This document shows, in pieces, positions 1 through 11,899 of a stretch of 64,000 nucleotides of DNA. The notes beneath the pieces are model-generated. The model had not been told where the DNA came from. It saw only the letters and a program-made list of their open reading frames with translations, and searched no databases. Origin of the DNA: Octopus sinensis (lineage: Eukaryota). The DNA is taken from positions 76,074,001 through 76,138,000 of the forward strand of contig NC_042997.1 of NCBI RefSeq assembly GCF_006345805.1. The letters run 5' to 3'. A program made the translations under genes and the position numbers. Numbering within the stretch: position 1 is the first letter of the stretch; the number at the start of each line of letters is the position of its first letter.

Positions 1-116
1 TGGTGTTAGGAAGGGCATCCAACCATAGAATCCCTGCCAAAACAGACACAGTAGCCTAGGGTAGTTTTCCTACCTGGTCAGCATGCATGGAAGATTGACA
101 TTCAACGATGATGATG
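1..116 (+). mobile_element. 3' tail of RTE LINE family (short truncated copy)
   Basis: ttaggaagggcatcca...gcatggaaga...(GAT)n, the same tail found on the RTE copies elsewhere in the window. Confidence 0.75.
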
Positions 117-134
117 TGCATATATGTATATATT

Positions 135-630
135 GGGTCATTCCATAAATAATGCGGTTTTTTCAATTGCATGAACTAAAAGTCGGAGAGGAACAGGATA
201 AACTACCTGCATCAACTTGCTATAAAAGCAGGTAGTAATTTTACCTTGTACTTATTCTTAGTGCAAGTTTTGAAGAGTGCAGTTCGAATTTAACAGTTAT
301 TTTCTCAAAGCTATAATGGAAGTGACAGAGGAGGATATTCAGCCTATTTTGCTTTATAAATTCAATACAAGCAACAATGCAACAGAAAGTGTGAGGAATA
401 TTAATGCAGTATATGGGGATCAGACAATAAGTGTAAGCCAGGGACAACAGTGGTTCCAGAAATTCTGAGCGAGAAACTACAGCCAAGAAGATAAGCCTCA
501 TACTGAAAGATCTGTAGAGCTTGATGAGGATATCTTGCAAACACTGGTGGAACAAGATCCCATCATAACTGTTGAGGAACTAGCAGAGAAGCTTGGATTT
601 GGTCATTGAACCATTCATCAACACCTGTGT
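135..630 (+). mobile_element. mariner transposon, 5' TIR plus N-terminal transposase (degenerate)
   Basis: TA then ttgggtcattccataaataatgcgg TIR-like end. Translation ILLYKFNTSNNATESVRNINAVYGDQTISVSQGQQWFQKF...LVEQDPIITVEELAEKLGFGH is a mariner HTH region. Confidence 0.8.
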
Positions 631-3600
631 CATCATCATCATCATCGTTTAACGTCCGCTTACCATGCTAGCATGGGTTGGATGATTTTGACTAAGGGCT
701 GGCGAACCAGATGGCTGCACCAGGCTCCAATCTTTATCTGGCAGAGTTTCTACAGCTGGATGCCCTTCCCAATACCAACCACTCCGAGAGTGTAGTGAGT
801 GCTTTTTACGTGCCACCGGCAAGGGGGCCAGTCAGGCAACTCTAGCAATGACCTCGCTCAAATCTTTTTATACATACCACTGGTACAGGTGCCAGTAGGG
901 CGACGTTGGTAATGATCATGCTCAAATGGTGCCCTTTTATGTGCCAACGGCATGGAAGCCAGTTGGCTGCTCTGGCAACAATCATGCTCGGATGGTGCTC
1001 TTGGCCTCCTACAGCCACGGGCACAAGTGCCAGTAAGGTGACGCTAGAACTGATCACACTCGAATGGTGCCTTTTATGTGCCACTGGCACGGAAGTAGGT
1101 TAGCCACTCTGTCAACGATCACACTCGTATGGTGCTCTTTGCACACCACTAGCATGGATGTCAGTCATCGACTTTGATTTTGATCTTACTTGCCCCAACA
1201 GGTCTTCGCAAGCAGAGTTTAGTGTCCAAAGAAGGAAAAGGTACACATAAGCATGCTGGTTACGCTCCTGGCATAGGCCACAGGTTATGGTCTCATTTGG
1301 TTTGCCGGGTCTTCTCAAGCACAACATATTTCCAGAGGTAGGATCTCACTGAACTTTGCCCAAGCTATTATTATTCTAGCAGCTACACTTTCAGTGCACC
1401 CTCCTCCGCTACTGACTTGGTCACCTAGGTAACAGAAGCTATCAACTACTTCTAGTTTTTTCTCCCTGGAATGTGGCGGAAGTTGGTCTCTGCGCATTTT
1501 CAGTGTTTATTGCTCCCAAGCAAAAACTATCCTCCCAGTTAGCCTTCCTTTCATATTACTGCACCTCTTATGTGTCCATAGCTTACACTGGGTACATCTT
1601 ATAGAGTTTCTACCTACGCCATCTACCTGAAGGGATTTGTGGTTTGCCTGCCTTCCTACTTATTACGACTTTGGTTTTAGCTACGCTGATTCTAAGGCCC
1701 TTCGATTCTAATCCTTGTTTCCACACTTGAAACTTCTCTAGTTCTGATAGTGACTCAGCAATTAGAGCAAGGTCATCAGCATAGAGGTGCTCCCAGGGGC
1801 ATCCTGTCTTGAATTCCTCCGTTATTGCCTGGAGGACTATGATAAATAGGAGGGGGCTGAGGACTGAGCCTTGGTGGACCCCTACCTCTACCCTGAATTC
1901 TTCAGTGTACTCGTTGCCAACCCTCACCTTACTTACAGCATCCCTGTACATGGCTTGCACAGCTCTCACTAACCATTCATCTATCCCTAGTTTCCTCATT
2001 GACCACCAGATAAGGGATCGGAGGACCCTGTCAAAGGCTTTCTCCGTGTCAACAAAAGCCAGGTACAGGGGTTTATCTTTGGCTAGGTATTTCTCCTGCA
2101 GCTGTCTTACCAGAAATATAGCATCAGTGGTGCTTTTCCCTGGCACAAACCAAAACTGCATCTCATCCAAGCTGACTCTTTTCCTAATCAGTTGGGCTAT
2201 GACCCTCTCCATAACCTTCATTACCTGATCCAACAGCTTGATACCTCTGTAATTATTTGTATCTAGGGCGTCACCTTTACCTTTGTAGCAGTTGACTATT
2301 ATGCTGCTACACCAGTCATTGGGTATGACTCCTTTGTGTATCACCTGGTTAACTATACGGGTGACTAGGCTATAGCCAACACTGCCAGATATTTTGAGCA
2401 TCTCTGCAGTAATTCCTGATGGGCCTGGGGTTTTCCCTGTCTTCATACTTCTAATTGCCTTGTCTACCAAGGTACTGTCAACTCGGATAGCTGGTCCCTC
2501 TGTTGGGTCGACATTCGGCAGACTCTCTTTCTCCCATTCATTTTCTTTATTCAGCAACCTTTCATAGTAGCATCTCCTAACCTCTCTCTTTGCATCCTCA
2601 TTTAGCGCAAATGAACCATCATCCATGCAAACACATTTCTCTCCTATCACATCATGATTCTCTCTCACACACTGTCTTGCAGCATGAAATACTTCAAGTC
2701 TTTGGTCCTCATGGTGCAAGAGATTGGCAAATTTTTTCTTACCTGCTTCCCCTCTCGCTAAATGAACCTGCCTCCTAGCTTCCCTTCTGGCAGTCTGATA
2801 CAATTCCCTGCTACCACTGTTCTTCCAAGCCTGTTTCTTTTGTCTAATAGCCCTGTCAACAACATTGTTCCACCACCACCACGTTATTTTGGGTCGAGAG
2901 GGGACTTTGCACCATCCACAGATCTGGTCGGTGGCCTTTAGCAGGTTGTCCTGTAGGAACTTCCAGTTGTCTTCTATACCATGTGAACCTATATCCCCTA
3001 CTATTTCGTCAAAGGCTTTGAGTAATATGTCTCTAAATCTCTGTTCATTTGCAGGATCTTTTAAGTCTCCTGACCCTTCTTTTCCTTGCTAGTCGTCTTC
3101 TGGGCATCCATTTAGCCCTGATCCAGAAGTCAGTAACTACCAGCCTATGTTGTGGGGTACATTCTTCGCCTGGGAAGGTTTTGGCATTTATAAGCAGCCA
3201 TCTTTCCCTTTTTCTTGTGAGGATGTAGTCAATTTGGCTAGTGTGTCTGCCAGAGTGGCAGGTGACTAGGTGGCTGGCAGGTTTTCTGAAGTTAGTATTG
3301 CAAACCATAAGATCATTTGCATTACAGAACTCCAGCAGCCTGGTTCCCTCTTCATTGCAAGAGTTAAAACCGTAGCCTCCATGTATACCATGGAAGCCCC
3401 CAACATGTTGTCCAACATGTCCATTGAAGTCACCAGCCACAAAGAGAAGGTCCCTGTCATTCATCAACACAGTAGTCTGCAAGAGGGTGTCATAGAATTG
3501 GTCTTTCTGTCCATCAGGTAGCCCTGGCTGAGGGGCACAGGCTGAGATAATGGTTGCAAACCCATGATGGAGCACAAATCTAATCTTAAGTATTCTGTCG

Positions 3601-4400
3601 CATACTCTGACTACCTCAATTACCTTATCTACCCATTTCTCCGCAAGAAGTATACCCATACCCCAACACCGTCAGTGTTCCCTTCCCAGAAAATCTTGTA
3701 CCTGTGTTCTTTGCCTGTGAGGAACCTAGCAGAACCTCCTCTCCACCTTAGTTCTTGGATGCAGCACATATCTACACATTTCTGTTCAAGCATCTCAACA
3801 ATCTCACCAGACCTACCTTTCAGTATGCTGATGTTGAGAGTGCCAACACTGATGGTGTGGGAGGTATGGGCCCTAGAAACCCTGGGACGGGGGACAGTCG
3901 CGTCATGTACCTGAAAAGAGAGCTCACATTTGGCAGAATTCATAAGTCTTAAGTTGAACCTGCATACACTAAACTATCATATTTTGCACTGTATGATCAC
4001 TACCTTATATAGTATGGGGTTGGAGACAACCAAAGGATGACAAAATAGGGACTTCTGGCACAGGTGGAGGGTGTGGGAGGGCGGGTGAACCGCGAACTGG
4101 CAAACATGCGCGAGCGCTGGGAATTAAAAGAGAGACAGACAGGGTGAAGGCCAATAGATAGATAGGCACATAGCGAGCCAGTGGAGGTGGGGTCATGACA
4201 CGAGGGAGGAATGGTTCCGGGATTTGGAGAAAGACAAAATTAGAGACGAATGACTGTGTGATAAGCTTTCAAAGATGAGTGAAAGAATATGTTGCAGATT
4301 AAGGAAATGTGTGAACTAAGGTTATCTCAGACATCAACAAGTAAGACGAAAATATAGAACTGAAATGTGTGAGCTAAAGTTATCTGAGACATCAACAGTA
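631..4400 (-). mobile_element. near full-length RTE LINE (5' UTR, APE endonuclease, RT, 3' UTR, (GAT)n tail), frameshifted, with a deletion in the RT C-terminus
   Basis: ORFs 3629..3943 and 3045..3659 (GTLNI..., LFVAGDFNGHVG, SQIDYILTR = APE); 1610..2803 (RT: GVHQGSVLSPLLF, LYADD). Jump from WAKFSEILPL directly to the 3' UTR near 1325. Confidence 0.92.
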
Positions 4401-4535
4401 AGCCATCGGAAAAGTAAAAAAATTGGGTTCCTCACAAACTTTCTGAGTCTAATTGCATGCAGAAAGTAAATGTGTGCTCTTCTTTGCTGCCACATCTCAC
4501 AAATGAACCTCTTTTGGACCAAATAGTGTAGTTTC
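4401..4535 (+). mobile_element. continuation of the mariner transposase split by the RTE insertion
   Basis: AIGKVKKLG..PHKLSESNCMQKVNVCSSLLPHLTNEPLLDQIV directly follows the residues ending at 630. Confidence 0.7.
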
Positions 4536-4759
4536 CTAGTGGTGCTCCCTATGTAGGACACTTCACATTGATTGCAGATTACCTCATATACTACATAGGC
4601 CCTTGAGCATGCTTTTATATTCTGAATAAATTATTTGTATTATTCAACACAAAAATTTTGGCTTTTAAGGTTTTTCCATGAAATGTAATGTCACTTATCA
4701 ATTTGCCCTTCAAATGTAATTTTTTTCTTAAAACACTATGTGTAATTTTCAAAGTTTAT

Positions 4760-4972
4760 TTTAATCTAGGGCTCCTGAACAGTTGCAGGAAATTCTGAAG
4801 CCATCTGGAGGCCATGGTTGATGCTAACGGCAATTTTATTGAATAAATTAACTCTTTAGTATTTCAAGATATGTTTACATAATTTTGGTAAGTTATATTT
4901 GTTAATTTGAAATGTCAGTGTTATTTTCATCTTTGCGTGATTTAGACGACAGTTTATTCACCACACCTAGTA
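4760..4972 (+). mobile_element. 3' end of DD37D (maT-like) Tc1/mariner element
   Basis: ...HLEAMVDANGNFIE* followed by a TIR-like end resembling that of the element at 35945-36687. Confidence 0.6.
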
Positions 4973-5269
4973 TATATACATGTATGTGGTAATAAATGCT
5001 TCTAGTTACACTCCACCTTCTATATCAATCTTTTAAAATATACCTTGTGTGCCCCTCGGAATTCTGCACACAGATCTAATGATGAATGCACAGTATCGCT
5101 GACGACATCTGGAAGCCCTAAGTGATGAATGTGCTCTGCAAGCACACTACCTGGGACTTACCCTGGAACATAGTTGGGACACTGCATAATGCTTACTTTC
5201 TAAACCTTAATTCTTTAATTCTAATTTTGACACACACACACACACACACACATATATGTATACACACAC

Positions 5270-5510
5270 ACAGATCTCCATAATGTGGGTGTATAGGTCT
5301 TCAAAAAGGAACTAGACATTGTCCTCTCCATGACAGAAGATGATCCAATAGCCCAGCATGAGGTAGAGATGCAGACAATGGAATCAAACTCCCTCATACA
5401 CTAAAAGGGCCAACAGCTGGGAGTGGTGATGTGAATTCCACCATCCTGAGGAAATCAGCAAAACCATGGTGGTGCTCCAACATGACAGCAGCTGCATAGC
5501 TGAAATGAAT
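5270..5510 (+). mobile_element. probable CR1/L2-like LINE 3' fragment plus SINE tail
   Basis: ctccataatgtgggtgtataggtcttcaaaaaggaactagac... resembles CR1-type 3' ends; weak. Confidence 0.35.
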
Positions 5511-5540
5511 AAAACAATATATATATATATATATATATAT

Positions 5541-8045
5541 ATCATCATCATCATCATCGTTTAACGTCCGTTCTCCATGCTAGCATGGGTTGGACGGTTC
5601 GACCGGGGATCTGGGAAGCCAGAAGGCTGCACCAGGCTCCGGTCTTATCTGGCAATGTTTCTACAGCTGGATGCCCTTCCTAACGCCAACCACTCCGTGA
5701 GTGTAGTGGGTGCTTTTTACGTGTCACCAACACGGAAGCCAGTCGAGGCGGCGCTGGCATCGGCCACGATTCGGATAGTACTTTTTACGTATCTCCAGTC
5801 CAGAGGTCCTGGCATCTGCCGGGTGCCAGTCATAGGATTGGTTCAATTTTGATTCCGATTTCACTTGCCCCAACAGGTCTTTGCAAGCAAAGGTCTTCAT
5901 TGGCATAGGTGCCTGTCGTCGGATGAGGTTCGATATTGACTTCGCTTGCCTCAACAGGTCTTTGTGTGTCCAAGGGAGGAAAGGCAGGCATAAGTGGGCA
6001 GGACTCACTTGTCCTGCCTGGTCTTTTCACGAACAGCATATTTCCAAAGGTCTCGGTCGCTGGTCATTTCCTCAGTGAGACCTAAAGTTCGAAGGTCATG
6101 CTTCACCACCTCGTCCCAAGTTTTCCTGGGTCTACCTCTTCCACGGGTTCCCTCCACTGCTAGGGATTGGCACTTTTTCACACACCTATCTTCATCCATT
6201 CTCGCCACATGACCATACCAGCGCAATCGTCTCTCTTGCACACCACAACTGATGCTCCTTAGGTCCAACATTTCTCTCGGGGTACTAATGCTCTGTCGAG
6301 CATGCACACTGACATTACACATCCATCGGAGCATACTGGCTTCATTTCTCGCGAGCTTACGCATGTTCTCACGAGTCACGGCCTATGTTTCACTGCCATG
6401 TAGCATGGCTGTTTGTACACATGCATCATACAGTCTGCCTTTTACTCTGAGCGAGAGGCCTTTAGTCACCAGCAGAGGTAAGAGCTCCCTAAACTTTGCC
6501 CAGGCTATTCTTACTCTAGCCGTTACACTTTCAGCACACCCACCCCCACTACTGACTTGGTCACCAAGATAACGGAAGCTATCAACTACTTCTAGTTTTT
6601 CCCCGTGGAAAGTGACGGAAGTTGCTTTCTGCAGATTTTCAGAGGTTAATGCTCCTGAGCATCTGCCACATACAAAAACCATCTTCCTAGTTAGCCTTCC
6701 TTTGACATTGCTGCACCTCTTATGTGTCCATAGCTTACACTTGGTGCATCTTATAGAGTTCCTACCTACACCTTTTCTACAGATCGAGCAGGGCCATCTA
6801 CCTGAAGGCGTTTGTGATTTGTCTACCTTCCTACTTATTACGACTTTGGTTTTAGCTAGATTGACTCTAAGGCTTCGATTCTAAACCTTGCTTCCACACC
6901 TGAAACTTCTCCTCCAGTTCTGATAGTGACTCAGCAATTAGAGCAAGGTCATCAGCATAGAGGAGCTCCCAGGGGCATCCTGTCTTGAATTCCTCCGTTA
7001 TTGCCTGGAGGACTATGATAAATAGGAGGGGGCTGAGGACTGAGCCTTGGTGGACCCCTACCTCTACCCAGAATTCTTCACTGTACTTGTTGCCAACCCT
7101 CACCTTACTAGCAACGTCCCTGTACATGGCTCGCACAGCTCTCACTAACCATTCATCTATCCCTAGTTTCCTCATTGACCACCAGATGAGGGACCGGGTG
7201 ACCCTGTCGAAGGCTTTCTCCATGTCAACAAAAGCCAGGTAGAGGGGCTTATCTTTGGCTAGGTATTTCTCCTGCAGCTGCCTTACCAGGAATATAGCAT
7301 CAGTGGTACTTTTCCCTGGCATGAACCCAAACTGCATCTGATCTAGGCTAACTCTCTCTAATTAGTTGGGTTATGACCCTCTCCGTAACCTTCATCACCT
7401 GATCCAACAGCTTGATACCTCTGTAATTATTTGTATCTAGGGCATCACCTTTACCTTTGTAGCAGTTGACTACTATGCTGCTACACCAGTCATTGGGTAT
7501 GACTCCTTCGTGTATCATCTGATTAACTATATGGGTGACTAGGCTATAGCCGACACTACCAGATATTTTGAGCATCTCTCCAGTGATACCTGATGGGCCT
7601 GGGGCTTTCCCTGTCTTCATGCTTCTAATTGCCTTAACTACCAAGGAACTATCAACTCTGATAGCTGGTCCCTCTCTTGGGTCAACATTCGGCAGACTCT
7701 CTTTATCCCATTCATTTTCTTTATTCAGCAACCTTTCATAGTGGCGTCTCCAAGCCTCTCTCTTTGCATCCTCATTTAGCGCAAGTGAACCATCTTCCAT
7801 GCGAACACACTTCTCTCCTACCACATCACAATTCTCTCTCACACACTGTCTTGCAACGCGAAACACCTCCAGTCTTTGGTCCTCACGGCGCAGAACATTG
7901 GCAAATTTTTTCTTATCTGCTTCCCCTCTGGCTAGATAGACCTGTCTCCTAGCTTCCCTTTTAGCAGTCTGATACAATTCCCCGCTACCCCCATTCTTCC
8001 AGTGCTTCCAAGTCTGTCTCTTTTCTCTAATAGCTCTGTCTACAA
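5541..8045 (-). mobile_element. 5'-truncated RTE LINE (RT through 3' tail)
   Basis: ORFs 7348..8082, 6867..7337 (LYADD), 6383..6682, 6005..6379; (CAT)n tail at 5541. Confidence 0.92.
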
Positions 8046-9119
8046 TAATGTAATAAACTAATAATGTAATAGAAACAGACATATATTATAAACCTACAGA
8101 TTCTAAGCAATATCTTCCATTCAATTCATGCCACCCCAGACACACCAGGATGAATATCCCCTTCAATCTAGCAAAAAGGATATGCACTATAGTTTCTAAT
8201 GCAAACACCAGAGACACACGACTACAAGAACTAAAAGATACCCATATCACCAGGAACTACCCACCTTCACTTATTGACATATGCATTCAACTTAACATCC
8301 AGGAACTGAGAAATCCCAAATCAAAAAAAAACTTACGACCAAAGGCCTTACCATACATCTCCACACACAACCCTCTCAACAATGAAGCCTTCGGCACCAT
8401 CCTCCAAAACATGCCCCTCCTAAAAAAAGACCACAGAATGAACACAATTCTCCAAACACACACGATCAAAAAAAGCAAGAGACAGCCAAAATCTATGAAA
8501 AGTCTCCTAACACAAGCCTGAATACACTCTTCAACACAGAAGCCGACAGTAAAAAAACGTGGAAGACCCAATTGTGGGATATGCGATTATCTAATTGAGG
8601 GATCAGAGTTCTCCTTCAAACAGGGACAACGGTTTACAGTGAAAAGCAACTTCACATGTGCTTCAGAGAACCTAATATACACACTAACCTGCTCTGGGTG
8701 TCAAGAGCAGTATATAGGCCAAACAAAAAATAGTTTGCGTAAAAGAATGGCCCTGCACTGATCCCAGATAAGAATTCCCCAAAATAGAAAAATAGCTTTC
8801 AGCCAACACATAGATACTTGCGCCAACAACAAAACACCAGGCTTCAGGATTTTCCCCCTCTACCAATTTAGGGACGATACAACCTCGAGACAACAAATAA
8901 GTAAAGAAACTCTCTTTATTACAAAATACAGGCCACTTCTTAACGGGTCTATGACAAACGATTAATACACCTCAGCTTTAGAATAACAGAAATACACACG
9001 CAAATATTACATTCCAAAGAATCCATTACAAATCAGCCCCAATCACAACTATAATCCATAACATGCCAACTTCAAGTCATACAACACCTCACTACTTCCA
9101 CTCATTCATATTCTCCCTT

Positions 9120-9290
9120 CTCTTTTTTCTTCTTCTTCCTCTTCTTCATCATCATCATTATCATCATCATCGTCGTCATCATCATCTTCTTCTTCTCCTT
9201 CTTCATCATCATCATCATCAACATCGTCATCTTCTTCTTCCTCTTCTTCTTCTTCTTCTCCTGCTCCACCTTCTACTTCTTAACTTTATC
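9120..9290. repeat. (CAT)n/(CTT)n compound microsatellite
   Basis: direct inspection; explains the poly-His/Leu ORF 9063..9305. Confidence 0.9.
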
Positions 9291-9594
9291 ACTAATGCTT
9301 TTTAGTATAACTCCTATGCAAATTCCATAAACAAACCTTTCAATAGAAATATTCTCCTGCTAGCCATCACTGACCATTCAAAATACAACAATCAAGGCAC
9401 TCCCAAATTTTTCCACCCCTTCTCCTCATCAACCTTCTTCTTCTACCCTTCCAAGAATTCACAACAACACACAAGTAACAAGAGAGACAGAGAAAGGCAG
9501 AAACAAGAAAAATGCCACTTATATTTGAACACTATACAAATATTCCTTTAAAAAAACTTTTCTTTTAATTTTTCTAAATTTAATTATTTAATCA

Positions 9595-9637
9595 TTACAG
9601 TTGAAAAGGTCTCAAAATGACCGAAACCAGTACTGAA
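9595..9637 (+). ncRNA. degenerate type I hammerhead ribozyme (probably inactive)
   Basis: ttacag TTGAAAA ggtc-tcaaaat-gacc GAAA ccag TA ctgaaa; two transitions in the CUGANGA core. Confidence 0.55.
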
Positions 9638-9737
9638 ATGTTCTTTATAAAATTATTTTAGCATTTTCTATCTTGACTTGTTTTTTCATATATATCAACT
9701 CGTGTGTTCCTTTTCACCCTTATACATATATATATAT

Positions 9738-9888
9738 GGCGTTAGGAAGGGCATCCAGCTGTAGAAACATTGCCAAATTAGACTGGAGCCTGGTGCAGCC
9801 TTCTGGCTTCCCAGAACCCCGGTCGAACCGTCCAACCCATGCTAGCATGGAGAACGGACGTTAAACGACGATGATGATGATGATGATA
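9738..9888 (+). mobile_element. RTE 3' tail copy
   Basis: ggcgttaggaagggcatccagctgtagaaac...ggacgttaaacgacgatgatgat. Confidence 0.85.
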
Positions 9889-10017
9889 CATACATACATG
9901 CATACATACACATATATATATATATACATACACACACACACATATATATATACATATATATTTATATACACACACATATAAATATACATACATACATATA
10001 TATATCTATACACACAC

Positions 10018-10055
<38 letters not shown>

Positions 10056-10163
10056 ACATATATATAATATACATGTGTATACACAATTAAGGATAAAATC
10101 ATAAAAATAATGATCTCATCAGTGGCCAGCATATAATAAAAACCATATAGATAAGAATTAATA

Positions 10164-10993
10164 TCTCTCTATATATAAATGGCAGTTTGTCTGTCTGTGT
10201 GTCTGTCAGGCTGTACCCTCACCCTGACCATGGCTTTCAACCGATTCTGATGAAACTTGACACACACATAGCCCAATGTCATAATTCAAAAGTAACGCAG
10301 CGAAAATTTTGAAAAGTTCCCCCAGTTCTGAAAAAAATTGATAAATTCGACATGGGGTCGAGAATCTAAGCTTCTTATATGCAACACATTTTCTGTTGTA
10401 GTTTTCGCAACTTGCAATCAATTTTCACCAAACTCATGGTGAAGCTTAATGTTACCCTATGAAACTTAATTCTGACGTTAGTTTTCCATGCAATACCTTA
10501 CCATCAGAAAAAAATCGATAAAATCATGCCATTTTGGAAAATCGCGTTCAAATTCAAGATGACATATTTTCGACAATATCTTTAACAAATTGGCAGGAAT
10601 TTTTTTTTAATTCACAGCAAGCATCATGTCTGCTCCAAGGAGCTATATTGCCTTTTTTATTCCAATAGGATACTTTATTACTGGAAAAAATCGGTTAATT
10701 AAATCATATGTGGCACACATAGCAAACCGATTTGTGTATTAAACACAAACCACAGACTGTCTAGGGGGCGCAACTCGACCTTTTAACTCTCTTGGGAGGC
10801 GCAATGATGTTTTCATGTTTTCGCCCAAAGGGACAGCTAAGAACATCATATACACAGAAATATTCGAGTGAAGAGAAGACATTGCAACCTACACATGCGC
10901 CTTCGTTCCCTAGGGGGAAAGGACTAGATTGGGATTAGTCGTTGCCTACTAGGGGCTCTTACATACCCAGGCAACGCCGGGCTATGCTGCTAG
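10164..10993 (+). mobile_element. non-autonomous Helitron
   Basis: A|TC...CTAG|T ends with subterminal hairpin cccaggcaacgccggg about 10 nt from the 3' end. Confidence 0.75.
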
Positions 10994-11899
10994 TAGATAC
11001 ATAATTTCATAGATATGATGATAGATATAGTATCTATATAATTATATATCTATATTAATTCTTACCTATATGTTTTTTATTACATGCTGGTCACGGATGA
11101 TAATTTTATCCCTAACTGTGTATACACATATATATTACATTTATTTACTTTGATCATTATATTCATTATGGTATTATTTTGATCAAATACACATGTGGTT
11201 GAGATGAATAATGGGATTGCCTCATATATACTTGTAAATGTATTCATGCATATACGCATGTATTTGTATGGGTGTATATATATATTTGTATTTATGTACA
11301 TTTGGTATATTCTACTGACAAAAGTAAAGTAACTATTATATTACTAAACCAGAAATTGTTTGATCTAGAATTAATTTTTTTAAAATTTTGCCCAATCTTT
11401 TTTATTCATTTATCTTGTTAGGGGAATGTAAAAAGTGATGTGGGTTTTAGAGTCATTTGACATCTATTTCTAGCATGTAGGTGCTGTTTCTCAGTACCCT
11501 GAATTATATTTATATCAATATAATTAAAAAATAAAAAGTCTATTGCTAAACACTTAGGTAGCTGTAGTTAACAGAAACTCAACCTCGGTGGTTTCAAATC
11601 CCTGCAACGCTAAACAATTTTATTACATCTCCTTTCATTTCTATACACTTTCAAAGGGGTGGACGAAAACCTATGATTGCAAAAAGGGATCACCTCGGTA
11701 AATCTATTCAAAGTTTTTGGCCCAAAAGACTTAGGGATGGCAAGGGATTCTTTTACACACAACTTACACTTATTTATATTTACTCTGAAGTAAGGGGCTC
11801 TTGAAATAAAGGACTATTCCAGAGAATAACTCTTATTATTCCTCTATAGATCATATATATAAGATGCAAGAGTGGTAGAGCTACAGTATTTTTCATTTG

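Larger units (their letters stand above)
8070..9740 (+). mobile_element. 5'-truncated Penelope-like element (RT thumb, GIY-YIG, 3' tail)
   Basis: TDIYYKPTDSKQYLPFNSCHPRHTRMNIPFNLAKRICTIVS; ENLIYTLTCSGCQEQYIGQTKNSLRKRM (GIY-YIG); degenerate HHR in the tail. Confidence 0.85.

Noticed and set aside
9063-9305. Poly-His/Leu ORF
   Set aside because: Translation of a (CAT)/(CTT) microsatellite.
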